Made by a program: the position numbers and the translations under genes. The notes below the pieces were generated by a model. The model ran no database searches. It saw only the letters and a program-made list of their open reading frames with translations, and was not told where the DNA came from. Positions 40,970 to 54,674 of a stretch of DNA of 64,000 bases are shown here, one piece after another (position 1 is the stretch's first letter; every line of letters starts with the position of its first letter). This DNA comes from Octopus sinensis (taxonomy: Eukaryota): positions 8,680,001 to 8,744,000 of the forward strand of contig NC_043000.1 in assembly GCF_006345805.1 (NCBI RefSeq). The letters are read 5' to 3'.

Positions 40970-42790
40970 CTCAGGATAAATGTAAGAAGTATTTAACGTT
41001 TCGAACCAACGCTCTTTTACGGAAAGGATTGATGAAAAGAGAGAAAATTACTGAGAAAAGAAGAAGCCACAGCATGCATATATAACCGGAAGAGGAAGAA
41101 ATAGTATTGAAGCGTGGATAGCAAGGGGAACAACAATGACCTGACATATGTGTGTATGTGTGACCAAGCACGTGTGTATGTGTGTATTTGAGTTTAAGCG
41201 CGTGCATGCGTATGTAGGTGATCAAGTACATGTGTGTGTATAAAGTTAGTGTGTACGTGTGTATATGTGTGGATGGGCGTGTATGTGTGTGTACGAACAA
41301 ATACGTGTATATTTAAGAAGTAATGCACGTGTGTATTCGGTGCTTATGTGTGTGTACGAGCATGTGTATATGTGTGTGACGTTATCTGACATATGTGTAT
41401 ACGTGTATGAAGCTATCATGCGTCTGTGTGTGTGCAAGCGCACGCGAGTATGTGAAGCTACTATGTGTGTGTATTGAGTGTGCCTTTAGCGTTTGTGTGC
41501 GTGTATGTGTGTATGATCTTATTTCTGTTTGTGTGCGTTCAAGACTTTTAGACATATGTGTGTATACACGTGTGTGTATGACGCTATTTAGTACATGTAT
41601 ATTGTGCGTGTGTTTATGCGTTTGTGAATATATGTGTTTGAGTGTATGTATGTCCCAGTTTCAGTTGTTATGTGTACGTATGAGGCTGTCACATAAAGTA
41701 TGGTGCATGTACATTCCGTGTTTGCGCGTGTGTATACATCTAAATGGGTGCGTGTATATGTGTGCATGAGGCTATCTGACGTATGTGTGTGTGCCAGGTG
41801 GATGAAGTGTCACACTTGATCAAAGTGTTAATGGAATAAAGGTGACAAAAGTGGTAGGTCTCGGGAAGTGTTGGTAGTAGTGTGTGCATGTAATAGGAAG
41901 GAGTTTGTGTATATGTGTGTGTGTGTTTGTATATGGAGCAAGAACGAGTGTGTGTGTGTGTACATATGAATAGTTGTGTCTTTGTGCTGTTTGAGCGTAA
42001 ATGTGTGCGTGGTGTTGGGTAATAAGTTGAACCGTGTAGAGTAGATATGTATGGAGAGAAGTTGAGGGGTTAGTAGGAAGGTAAGAGATGTATAGCGTAT
42101 GTAAATGTGCATGGAGTAGGTGTTTTAATGAAGAGGGTAGAGAATTTAGACCGTGTGGGGCAAAAATATGCAGAGAAAAATTAATTCCAGCTTCAGACGG
42201 AGGCGGGACTCCGGATGGTCACTGTGCAAGACTAGTTCGAACGTAGATGTTCTAGGCAATGACCAGTCGAGTAGAAATGGCGCGAGACCGGATTGTGGTT
42301 GCTGAGTTTGTTGTCCAGTAGGTGTTCGGCAAAACGGTCAGCTAGGAGCTGACCAGTTTGTTCAATGAACAGGGATCGGCAAAGAGATGCAGTAAATCAA
42401 ATTAGTACAGATACAAGTGAATGAATCGGTGATGTGATAGTGTCGACAGTGGGTATCGATGAGAACGGTGATGTTGGAGAGGAAGAGACGAGTGTGGCAG
42501 ATTGGGCGAGAGCATGGGAAGGAGCCAGGCTGAGTGCCAAGAAGGGTCAAAAGCTACGAACCAGTAGGTCACGTAGGTTGCAGGCGCGCTTGAAGAAGTT
42601 GAGGGGTGGGGAAAAGAGGTGGGAGTTGAAGGGGTCGGATAGGAGTTGGCGAAAAGCGCGTAAAGGGTAGGGTGGAGGATTAGCAAATAAGTGGGGAATG
42701 CATTCTGAAAGTAAGACAGAGTAATACTTACTTCTATACCTTTGTCGCAGGTCTGGCCGTTCAGAATCACCCCGTGGGTTAAATGACAAC
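40970..42790 (-). mobile_element. Penelope-like element 3' remnant: GIY-YIG endonuclease, microsatellite-rich UTR, pLTR
   Basis: PPLNFFKRACNLRDLLVRS, PGSFPCSRPIC, FTCICTNLIYCI, LFIEQTGQLLADRFAEHL, VSRHF (about 42120-42790, frameshifted); pLTR-like sequence at about 40970-41090 in the same orientation. Confidence 0.8.
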
Positions 42791-45700
42791 AACAACAACA
42801 ACAACAACAGCAGCAACAACAGCAACAGCAACAACATCATCATCTACAATAATAGTAAGCTATATGTCTCCTTTAACTAAATAGATTTTTTAATGAACCG
42901 ATGGTTAGCTGAAAACTTCTTGGCTGGAAACAGATGAGAGATAAATCTCCACCTTAATAAATGTCAGTTAAATTCAGGTAAATTCGAATTATATTTTATA
43001 CCTATTTTCGCCATCCATACTCATGAGCAGATAGTTCATTCCCAAATTAATACCTTTAGCTACATCACCACCTCTAGATCCCTTAAAATATATTCTTGAA
43101 ATTAATTCTCCACAATTTAAAAAATTTATTATCATTATTTTACTTTTGTTTGTTTTGAAGTAATACTTTATTTGATCCAAACCTTTGACGTGTAAAATGA
43201 TGCGAAAATAACTAAAAAAAAAACAAAACAAAACAAAAGCTAAAGAGCAAATATTGAAATTTCTAATATAGAAGTAAAATAAAAAATTAAAAATATAAAA
43301 AAGTAACTTAGATAATCTACAGAGGTGATAGGGAAAATGAAAATAATAACCTGCAATCTTGACATAAGTTGATATTAAAATATTAATAAGTGAATGGTTT
43401 TTAGTCATATAAATTTATCAGGTTCATTAATACTATAACAAACATGGGCAATTTATTAAATTCTTTTCCTTTGTGTGTTAATAGTTAATATATGCTCCAA
43501 TTAAGTATTTGAAGTAGCAGCAAATATTATGTTCAAACTATGATTACAGTTAATAAATCATGTAGGTTATGAATTTCCTGATTTGTATTCTATTTGTTTA
43601 GTACCACACACACACACAGACACACACACACACACACACACACACACAACACACACACACACACACACACACCACACACACACTCTCACACACATACATA
43701 CAAAGACACACAAACACGCACACAGACACACACAACACACATACACACATACACACATACACACGCACGCACACATATATATGCACACTCATACACGCAT
43801 ACACACACGTTTGTTTGTGTCTATGTATTTTTACATGTATGTATATGCATATATATATACATATACATATGTATATAAATGTGTACATATACATATATGT
43901 ACATATATATATCGTTGCTACTATGTTAAACTGTCGTATGTCCAAATTTGGCCAAATACGCTTTTTCAATATTTATTTTTGCTTGCAAAAGTAAATATTG
44001 GTCAACTATTTTGGTCAAACTATCGTATCTCCAACTGTTTCAGATAACAAAATATCAAAAATTGCTATGGAACGGGGAAACTATTCTTTCGTTTTCTGAA
44101 AAAGCAACATTTGGGACTTACGACACTTTCGCATTTATAACAACGACATACATACACATACATACATACATACATACATACATACATACATACATACATA
44201 CTACATACATACATACATACATACATACTACATACATACATACATACATACATGCATATACATATCTACATATATGTATGAATATATATTCACCCACACA
44301 CAACACACATATATTTCTTAAACCCTTATATTAATTAAAAACAACTAGTACTAATTACTTTCTAATTAATATAGAGTTTCTGATAAGCGAATACATGTCT
44401 GCCTTCTTTATACCCGTATTTTTGAATTGCATTCAAGAGCTAAGCAGGTAGCTAGCAGAATCGTTAGCACGCCGAACAAACTGCTTGGTGGCATTTCATC
44501 CATGTCTACGTTCTGATTTCAAATTCCACCGAGGTTGATTTTGGCTTTCATTCATTCGAGGTTAATGAAATAAGTACCAGTTGAGTACTGGGGTCGATGT
44601 TATCTATTATTCCTCCCACCATAAATTTCTGGCCTTGTGCCTATAGAAGAAAGGATTATTTACACGCCTAAGCAGGCGGTGAGCTGCCAGAATCATTAGT
44701 GGTTTAAAGAAAAAGTGCTTTGCAGTATTTCTTCCAACTCCTATGTTTCGAGTTCAAATCTCGCTAAGGTCAAAATTGCCTTTCACCTTTCGCTGTTGAT
44801 AAAATAAAGTACCAATCAAATAGTGTGGTTGATGATAACACTTTAAATCCTCTCCTCAAATTTACTGGACTTGTGCCGAAATCAGGAATAATTATTTATA
44901 CACCTATCAACGAAATCCTTTTCGCATAAATTCCAACTTATACATTGCCCATCTTTAAAGATCCTCTTACTGTTAAACAAGTCAAAGGCAAACATGTTCG
45001 GCTAACTATTCTTTTATTGATTTTCATACATTTTTATATATTTGTGTATTTACGTGCGTTCATAATAATGGTATTTTCATAAGAATTTTTGTAGAAATAG
45101 TTTTCGTATCCGCAAGTGCGAGCGCCGTGAATCAGAGTGATTGTTCCAGCGCATCTCCTTCGCCATCCTATGGGGCAACGTCTTTTCCGTTTTGTCTGCT
45201 GGGACCATGAAGTGATTTGAATTGCAAGAAATTGTACGTTCCACTCCTTAATGTAAAGTTACCCCATATAAATTGCTCTAGTTGAAAACAACTGATATTA
45301 GAGAAGTATCTACGATTACATTCAGGAGAATGTATATTTAGTGTTGTGACTTATCGCCAACAGTGACATTTTTATATAGAACCTTTTATAATCTTTATAA
45401 TCAAAGAATGAATTGGAAACAGCAGTCTGGCCGATTGCATTCACGCGACGCAACACAGGAGGAACTGAAAACTCTTGGAACGCCAGCCTCCTAACACATG
45501 GCGGGTAACTGGTTCCATACGTTTAAGTTTAAATCCCACTGATGGTTAGTTTTGTCTTTCATCCTTGCAGGATCGATAAAATAAAATACCAGTCTCACAC
45601 TGGTGTCAATTTAATCGACGAACCTCTTCTTGCGCCTTTCTGAAGAACGAAGGGAGATGGACAGGTGAATCGGTAGGGGTCCAGACAATTGCCTTAGTCA

Positions 45701-46955
45701 TTCCTCTTTATGCTCATAGCTCAAACCCCTCAGAGGTCGTCATTGCTAATTATTCTTTTGGGGTTGATCAATTAACTATCAATCAAGTACTGAGGTTGAT
45801 CTAATCGATTATGTTCTCTCCTCTACTATGTGACATTGTACTCAGATTATGATTCTTTATTAATAGAGAAGAAACATTTTACAAACCGAGTTCAAATCTC
45901 ATCGAAGTCATCCTTGCCCTCATCACTGTGGGATCGACAAAAATAAAACACCAGTCGAATATGGAGGTCGATGGTATCCACTAATCCCTCAAAACTGCTG
46001 GCCTTATGCCTAAATCAGAAACCATTATTGAAGAAGAGAAATAAGATGCTATAGTGTTTCCAATGATATCTACAGCAGAAGTCACATCAATCGGAATTCG
46101 AAATTATTTTGTTAACCTGAACATGCTAGAAACGTCTTTACTTCTCTTTGTTGTTCACCGTTGATATTGTACGTTACTTTGACGCGCCTTTCAAATAGTT
46201 TTATCGCCCTCAATTTTAAAAAGATATGGCACGCAATTACATGTTTCCTTTAATAAATTTCAATGAGAATCTTTTTGACATGTAAGTGAAAAGCAATTCT
46301 TCCGAAAAATAATAGCATTTTGAATTTCAGGCGACTATCATTGAAATATAAAATTAATCCTCAGCAAGTTAAGACCGGGATACAATTTGAATCTTGGTTG
46401 ATTCTATTCCTCTCCTTTTACACACACCCATAATATCACTGAGTATATCATAAACATAAAATTATAATTGTCTTAAGTTATAAAAAAAGCCTATAATTTG
46501 AATTTAGCAAGAAATTAGCTTCAAGGAAAATAGAATTCGTGAACCAATTGCGACTCTAATTTCTATTGACTGTTCTCTTTACGAAATTTAGATCGCGCAT
46601 CTTGTCGAAAGAAGCCAATATTTTAAATTTACTGCGTGGAGAAATCCCCAAACCAATCAGTGAAGTCTTATATAAGCTTAGGTAAAAATAGATGACACTT
46701 TTCTTTCACTAAATTGCAACTTCTCTTTAAGTTAATTTTTTTTTAACTACAAGATTCAATGAAATAGTATGTTAGTTATTAGCTTGAGGCGATAGCTATC
46801 AAAGTTAGGTGAACTTTTTACCTTATAGTCATGTGGTTATATGTTAAATTCACATCGCAAACATAGAGTTCTGTACGACACCTAGTGTTATCTCCGTTTG
46901 TCCAATCCATGTAAGTGAAATTTGGTAGATATAAATAGAAAGAGATAGACATGCA

Positions 46956-47047
<92 letters not shown>

Positions 47048-48542
47048 AAGATTTAGCTGAACAGACACTGTCACTGCCACGTACGCATAGATGCATCATA
47101 TACACGTGTATGCGTATAGCAAAGGCGAAGGGTGACTAGAAAACTAAGGCATGCAGTCCACCCCACCCCTGAGGTGTGCATGTGTATGCGTGTGGGGTGT
47201 CCGAGTGTTCTACCCTCCGCCGTTTTCCGTGAAAAGGGTAGTATTATATACGCTTTGAGATATGGAGTGTTTGAAAATGAAAATAGTTTCCACCCTACGA
47301 TGAACCGTTTTGGAGTAGTTAGTAAGGCACGACAAACGTACATATAACTGTGGAAATCACCTTCCAACGATTTCATCTAGTAGAGGCTATTCAAGCCGTC
47401 GACTTTGAGGAAAAAATCGAAATTCTTTTTAAAGTTTGGAAGAAAATTCGACATTCACGAACTCTTGAGGCTGATTGAAAGAGCACCAAATTAAATGAAT
47501 GTGTATAGCAATGTACAACTTCTGCCAGTGATGCAATTTTTCTGTTTACAGACATCGACTTATCTCCTAAAGCTTTCTTGAAGCCTTTCCTTCTCGTCAA
47601 CAAATCGCAAAACGTGTGACAGTTAGGATTTCATTCAAAGGTCTGTAGTCTCACCAAACATAACAGCAACAAATACTGTTTTTTTTTCCGATCATTGGCT
47701 TAATTACACCTTCACTTGTAACAGCTATGTAATTAAATGATTTTGTTTTGAATATCACTTGAAAGGGATATTCGTTTTCAACATCACTTCAAAACTGACA
47801 AAATGTGTTCTTATACTGACAAACTAACGTACATGGGAAACAGAAACATTTCTTCACAATGGCTCATCTCGTCATTCACTCAGACTATTCATAATACCTC
47901 CAATCAATATAACGATGACATTCCTTGCTGCTGACCTCGGTTTTGATTTTCAGTTTAAGCTTTGGTTTCTCTTTTCTGAGAATAATAATATTCTTCTTAT
48001 CTGTTTTAAAGTTGGGAAAATAGAGAGAAAACTGAACTAATTGACCCTTTTGTCATCCTAAGGGTGACTGAAAGCATGAGAAATTCTATTGGGTTATATA
48101 ATCTTTTTAAATGAATCAAAGCTTTATGCTAAAAAATAATTTAGGTGCTGGTTTACCTTTTTTACGTAACCTTTCTTAAATAACTTTAACTATTCAAAAT
48201 TAAATTTTAAAGCATTGACATGAACGAATGGATGAAAACTTTACGTTTTAATTACAGACACACAAAAATTTCCGGTTTCTTCTTTTCGCTCTATGTGTGT
48301 AATAGTCGAGAAAACTCTGGGTTCACATGACTGAATTCAAGTCTTAAGAAGGAATCAAACATACTTTCTCCTTTTGTTAAATCTTTTAAAAGCAAGCGTG
48401 GGTATGTGGTAACAAATTTGCTTCTCAACCACATAGTTCCAGTTCCAGTTTTCGGCTAGTGTCTTCTACTATAGCGTTGAGCCAACTAAAGCCTTTTATT
48501 TGGACTTGATAAAGGGAAACTGAAAAAAACGTTGTATATATA

Positions 48543-49108
48543 TTGGGCTGTCCGGAAACTTCATGCCAATTTATAGTAGCTTACATTTCGACTTATTTTA
48601 GAACATGGTTGAGTTCATAAAATAGGATTTGACTACACCTCCATTTAGAGCACAGTTTAAGCTATCTTTTCGTTGAAGAAGGTTTATGTTCCTATAACCT
48701 GTGTTAATTTTATAACCCTTTAAAATGGAATATAAGAAAGTTCATTTTCGGCACTTGATGATTTGGGAACCAGACAAAAATTGCTACAGCTCGACCGGGA
48801 TGTGTTACCCCACCCTCCATATTCACTAGATAGTGCTCCTTCGGATTTCCACTTATTCAGGTCTCTGCACAATAGTGTTAATGGTAAAAATTTTAATTCC
48901 TTGGATGACGTAAAAAGATATCTTGATGAATTCTTTGCCATGAAACCCCCTCAATTCTGGGAAAAGGGTATTTTCAAGTTAAAGGAAAGATAGAGACGCA
49001 CTGTGCAACAAAGTGGTTCATATTTGGTTGATTAAAAATGTAATGGCAAGTATTTATTGACCTTTTTCTTTCCTTTAAAAATCGGCACGAACTTTCCAGA
49101 CAGCCCAA
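48543..49108 (+). mobile_element. Mariner deletion derivative with intact TIRs
   Basis: TA|TTGGGCTGTCCGGAAACTTCATGCC... and ...GGCACGAACTTTCCAGACAGCCCAA|TG; N-terminal MEYKKVHFRHLM fused to C-terminal LPHPPYSLDSAPSDFHLFRSL. Confidence 0.92.
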
Positions 49109-49442
49109 TGTTATTATTATTATTATTATTATTATTGTTTTTACGTATTATTTTTGTATTCATATTCGTGCAACATCGTCCGTTTTTCTGTCCTTGTTTT
49201 GTATACATTCGAAGCTTTCTTCCAAGGAATCTAATGCGCTTAGCTTAGTTTTTGCTTGGGGTTGGCCAGATTGGAGCAATCTCAAGATTAATTAGCCGAA
49301 ATTGCGAGGATTATCCGGTTCTTGACTGAAGATTGAAGGCTTCGAATGTCCCGTCCGTGTTTTTTGTGTCGTCATCAAAATGTTTTGCGCTCTTGTCCCA
49401 GTTTGTATTTTTTATACTTATATATATAGCGGCGTACGTACC

Positions 49443-49473
<31 letters not shown>

Positions 49474-49536
49474 TTGATTTTGATTTTGATTTTTCCAGTT
49501 TCAGCTAATGAGCTGTGGCCATGCTGGGGCACCGCC

Positions 49537-49579
<43 letters not shown>

Positions 49580-49770
49580 TAGGGAATAAATCCAAACTTA
49601 CAGGGAAAAATCAGATTTAGGATTGAATCCAATTTTATAGTAAAATATTATATTATATTAAATTAGGGATAAAACCACTATTAGGCAAATCATACAGTGA
49701 AAAACTTAAGCCAATTAATTTATATTATTTAAATATATATCAAAATTATTAAAAAAGATAATTAATATAA

Positions 49771-49836
49771 CACTACGATCGTTTCATGGTTGTTCAATTC
49801 TTAAAATTTTCGAGTTGCAGTCATTCTTCAGGTGGT
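49771..49836 (-). ncRNA. Type-I hammerhead-like fold within an AT-rich pLTR-like repeat (about 49570-50090)
   Basis: cac-CTGAAGA-atg...cat-GAAA-cgatcg-TA-gtg: canonical core, palindromic stem III ACGATCGT, GUA cleavage triplet, 3-bp stem I. Confidence 0.6.
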
Positions 49837-50644
49837 TTAAATATCTAAAATGTAATCAATATTTTTAAGATATAAATAATATATATAATATAATAATTTT
49901 ACTTATAATAAACTCTAGTATCAAATATGATTATATCCAAATCGACTATAATGTTAAATATTAATTTTAATTTATAAGGTAGGAAACCCATAATCTAATA
50001 TCAATATTAGTCTATATCTAATTACATAAATATTTAAAATGATAATATATATAAATTATCAATGAAAATATATATATAAATATTATAATATTTATTATAC
50101 ACAAACATACACACACGCACACACACACACACATATGTATATATATATATATGTGTGTATATATATATATGTACGTATATATATATTTATGTAAATATAG
50201 ATGTAAATATATATATATATTACTCTTATTTTTTTACTCTTTTACTTGTTTCAGTCATTTGACTGCGGCCATGCTGGAGCACCGCCTTTAGTCGATCAAA
50301 TCGACCCCGGGATTTATTCTTTCAGTAAGCCCAGTACTTATTCTATCGGTCTCTTTTTGCCGAACCGCTAAGTTACGGGTACGTAAACACACCAGCCTCG
50401 GTTGTCAAGCAATGCTAGGTAGACAAACACACACACACACATATATACATATACATATATACGACAGGCTTCTTTCAGTTTCCGTCTACCAAATCCACTC
50501 ACAAGGCAGAAGACACTTGCCCAAGATGCCACGCAGTGGGACTGAACTCGGAACCATGTGGTTGGTTAGCAAGCTACATACCACACAGCCACTCCTGCGC
50601 CTATATAATGTATATATGACTGAAACAAGTAAAAGAGTAAAAGA

Positions 50645-50690
<46 letters not shown>

Positions 50691-50695
<5 letters not shown>

Positions 50696-51211
50696 ATTGA
50701 AGAAATGGAGTTGAACGAAGATTGAACAGAAATCGTTTTATTGCATTCTACACGTGTTTCGAAAGGCACAATTTACCAAATTCCGATTGAATAATGAGAC
50801 CATATTGTGTCTTTCTCTTCAGGAAGAAATAGGAAATCCGTTAGAATAAAGAAAAACAGAACAGAGGCGGAGCAAAACAAATCGAACTAGGCTCCTAAGA
50901 GCCCATGGCCAAACTGTCAGACCGCTGCCTGACCCGTTAAAATCCTCAACGCACCCACCACCCGTTTTTCAACATACACTGATAAACAGTTTGGCATGGG
51001 CTCTTAGGAGCCTAGTTCGATTTGTTTTGCTCCGCCTCTGTTCTGTTTTTCTTTATTCTAACGGATTTCCTATTTCTTCCTGAAGAGAAAGACACAATAT
51101 GGTCTCATTATTCAATCGGAATTTGGTAAATTGTGCCTTTCGAAACACGTGTAGAATGCAATAAAACGATTTCTGTTCAATCTTCGTTCAACTCCATTTC
51201 TTCAATTCACT
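50691..51211. repeat. Near-perfect inverted repeat (arms 50691-50917 and 50987-51211), Penelope-like pLTR derivative
   Basis: Arms of about 225 bp appear identical except a 1-nt indel near the inner end; 69-bp spacer; a diverged direct copy of the right arm plus flank lies at 52130-52416. Confidence 0.95.
51071..51163 (+). ncRNA. Type-I hammerhead ribozyme with intact core (mirror copy 50739-50831 on -)
   Basis: tatt-tc-ttc-CTGAAGA-gaaag-acacaat...attgtgc-ctttc-GAAA-cacgtg-TA-gaa-tgc-aata: all core residues canonical, G10.1-C11.1 pair, palindromic stem III ACACGTGT, predicted cleavage after 51153. Confidence 0.75.
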
Positions 51212-51364
51212 AATATATTAAAATTCAATTATCCGCACCAACGCACGGTTGCAACACCATATGGTTGTACCTCCAACCGTGGCTGTCTTCTGCTGTGTTT
51301 TTGCTACCAGGTATCGGTTTAAACTTTTGATTAATCTGCAACAAGATTTTCATCTTTCTATTTC

Positions 51365-51401
<37 letters not shown>

Positions 51402-51608
51402 ATATATATATACATATATATATATTATATATATATATATAATACACATACGTATACATATACATATATATGTATATATACATATATATGTATATATATA
51501 TATATAGGTATATATAGTTCAAGCAATTGAAAAACTGCATTATTTATGGCAAGACCCAATATATACATGTACGTATATGTATGTGTGTATATACACACAC
51601 ACACACAC

Positions 51609-51684
<76 letters not shown>

Positions 51685-51949
51685 TTATATATATATGTAT
51701 ATATAAATGTAAATATATATTTGTTTTTGTTTTTGTTTTTGTTTTTGTTTTTCCAGTTTCAGCTCTTGAGCTGTGGCCATGCTGGGGCACCGCCATTGTG
51801 GTGAAAGAGTACAGCAGGGACCCCCCCCCCCTGCCGGAGCCTCGTAGAGCTTTTAGGTGTTTTCGCTCAATAAACACACACAACGCCCGGTCTGAGAATC
51901 GAAACCGCGATCCTGCGACCGCGACTCCGCTGCCCTAACCACTAGGCCA

Positions 51950-52079
51950 TTGCGCCTCTATATATATATATATAATGTATATATATGTATATATATACAT
52001 CAATATATGTATATATACATATAATGTATATATATATACAAATTATATATGTATATATAATATATAGTATATATATATG

Positions 52080-52113
<34 letters not shown>

Positions 52114-52878
52114 ATATAAAACATTATTGGTGAATTGAAGACACAATATGGTCCCATTATTCAATCGGATTTGGTAATTTGTGCCTTTCGAAACACGTGT
52201 AGAATGAAATAAAACGATTTGTTCAATCTGCGTTCAGCTCCATTTCTTCAATTCACCAATAATGTTTTAATTTCAATTATCCGCACCAACGCACGGTTGC
52301 AACGCCAGATGGTTGTACCTCCAACCGTGCTGTTTACTGCTGTGATTTTTGCTACTAAGGTATCGGTTAACTTTTGATTAATCTACACAAGATTATTCAT
52401 CTTTCTATTTCACATAATATATATATATATATATACTCTTTTACTCTTTTATTCTTTACTTGTTTCAGTCATTTGACTGCGGCCTGCTGGAACACCGCCT
52501 TAGTCGATCAAATCGACCCCGGGACTTATTCTTTGTAAGCCCAGCACTTATTCTATCGGTCTCTTTTGCCGAACCGCTAAGTTACGGGGAGTAAACACAC
52601 CAGCATCGGTTGTCAAGCAATGCTAGGGGGACAAACACACACACATAAATATATATATATATAGATATATATATATATATATTATATATATATATTATAT
52701 ATATATATTCTTTCAGTTTCAGTCTACCAAATCCACTCACAGGCATTGTTGTCGGCCCGGGGCTATAGCAGAAGACACTTGCCCAAGATGACACGCAGTG
52801 GGACTGAACCTGGAACCATGTGGTTGATTAGCAAGCTACTTACCGCACAGCCACTCCTGCGCCTATATAATGTTTATG

Positions 52879-52912
<34 letters not shown>

Positions 52913-52916
52913 ATCG

Positions 52917-53013
<97 letters not shown>

Positions 53014-53653
53014 ATATATATATCGTTCCCTCTGACGTTTAGTTCAAGCAATTGAAAAACTGCATTATTTATGGCACGACCAAATATACATGTACGTATA
53101 TGTATGTGTGTATGTATACACACACAGACACACACACACACAACATATATATGTATGTTATATATGTATTATATATATATATATATATATATGTGTGGTG
53201 GTGTGGGTGTTATATATATATTATATATATATAGTATATATATAAATGTAAATATATATATAATGTATATATATGTATATATATATACACATATATATGT
53301 ATATATACATATATATGTATATATATATGTATTATATATGATATATATGTATATATGTATATATATATATATATAATATATATATATATGTATAATATGC
53401 ATATATATATATACGTGGGTGTGAGTGTGTGGGTGCGTGTGTGAGTGGTGTGCGTATGTATATATATACCTATACATAATTATACATATATATATATACA
53501 CACAAATATAATTATACTAAATATATATGTGTGTGTGTGTGTATATGTATATATATTCATATATAATATATCTATATATATATATCTATATATATAATAT
53601 ATATATTTATTATATATATATCTATATATATATTTGTACAATATATATAATCT

Positions 53654-53691
<38 letters not shown>

Positions 53692-54024
53692 CTCTGAACG
53701 AGTATAAAACAGTAGCTGCACGACATCATGAAGCATATTTGCACCTAAATGTGGTTAACCCTTGAGGGTCGATGCTACTGTGCCCTATCAGTATTTGCAA
53801 AGGAATGTCATGTTTCCTATCTCCAGCCTGACGTGATACACTAAAGTGGCAAATATACTTCACGATGTCGTGCAGCTACTGCTTATACTTTGCTCACAGA
53901 TTTATTTTTGCTTGCTCCCACTTTTTCGAGATCAGTGACTTTTCGTCACTGGAAAAACTATATTTAACCACATTTAGGTAGAAAATATACTCCATGATAT
54001 ATATACTTATACACATATATATAT

Positions 54025-54060
<36 letters not shown>

Positions 54061-54106
54061 ATATATATATATATATAATATTATATATAATATATATATA
54101 TATATA

Positions 54107-54145
<39 letters not shown>

Positions 54146-54170
54146 ATATATATTGTATGTATGTATATGT
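51950..54170. repeat. Region dominated by (TA)n/(TG)n microsatellites (similar tracts at 4118-4255, 11520-12050, 13150-13230, 16500-16630, 22010-22240, 27200-27690, 31930-32320, 34330-34540, 43600-43910)
   Basis: Direct reading; accounts for YIYI/CVCV/THTH ORFs. Confidence 0.95.
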
Positions 54171-54241
54171 ATAATATTGTAGCTGAGGTTTATGAGCGGT
54201 TGTATTTTACAATCATTCTATTATTCTATAAGTTGCTTCCT

Positions 54242-54674
54242 GGATCTTTTCGGTTTGAACGGCAGTTTTTAACATAATTTCTAGGTAACTAAACACTTTT
54301 AAACTTCGTATACTGGTAGAATGTGTTTATAAAACATCTTTTTTTCTTGGCTTTATTGAGAAAATTCTATAGTTTGTAAGATATTTGTTGTTTTTTTCTT
54401 CAATTTCTGCAATTTCAACCAATCAATGACGTCCATTGAGGTAAAAAAACATTCTGTGCCGTATGAATGTGTCCCTCGTTTAAGAAACTGATTGAGTTTA
54501 TTTACATTTGTGAAGAAAAAAAGATACCCTTCCCCCACCCCTAACCCTAACCCTAACTAACACTCACCCTAAAACAGATTGAAATGCAATAGATCGATAC
54601 TAGGGTCATAATTATGGGTGACAATATCATATGACACCGCTAGAAAAAAACTGCCGTTCAAACCGAAAAGATCC
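54242..54674. mobile_element. MITE with about 29-bp TIRs and probable 8-bp TSD
   Basis: GGATCTTTTCGGTTTGAACGGCAGTTTTT...AAAAACTGCCGTTCAAACCGAAAAGATCC; flanks tgcttcct and tgcttcca; internal (CCCTAA)3. Confidence 0.85.

Noticed and set aside
47350-47381. Possible Helitron 3' end (gaaatc...gatttc-aTCTAGT); similar weak cases at 4490-4513 and 12709-12727
   Set aside because: Weak hairpins or wrong spacing and no matching 5' end found.
49326-49385. CTGAAGA motif as another hammerhead
   Set aside because: No GAAA or convincing stems downstream in this copy.
49480-53130. Segmental tandem duplication
   Set aside because: Shared blocks occur in different order and belong to multi-copy families; independent insertions explain it equally well.
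54539-54557. Telomere or chromosome-fusion scar
   Set aside because: Only three CCCTAA units, internal to a MITE.
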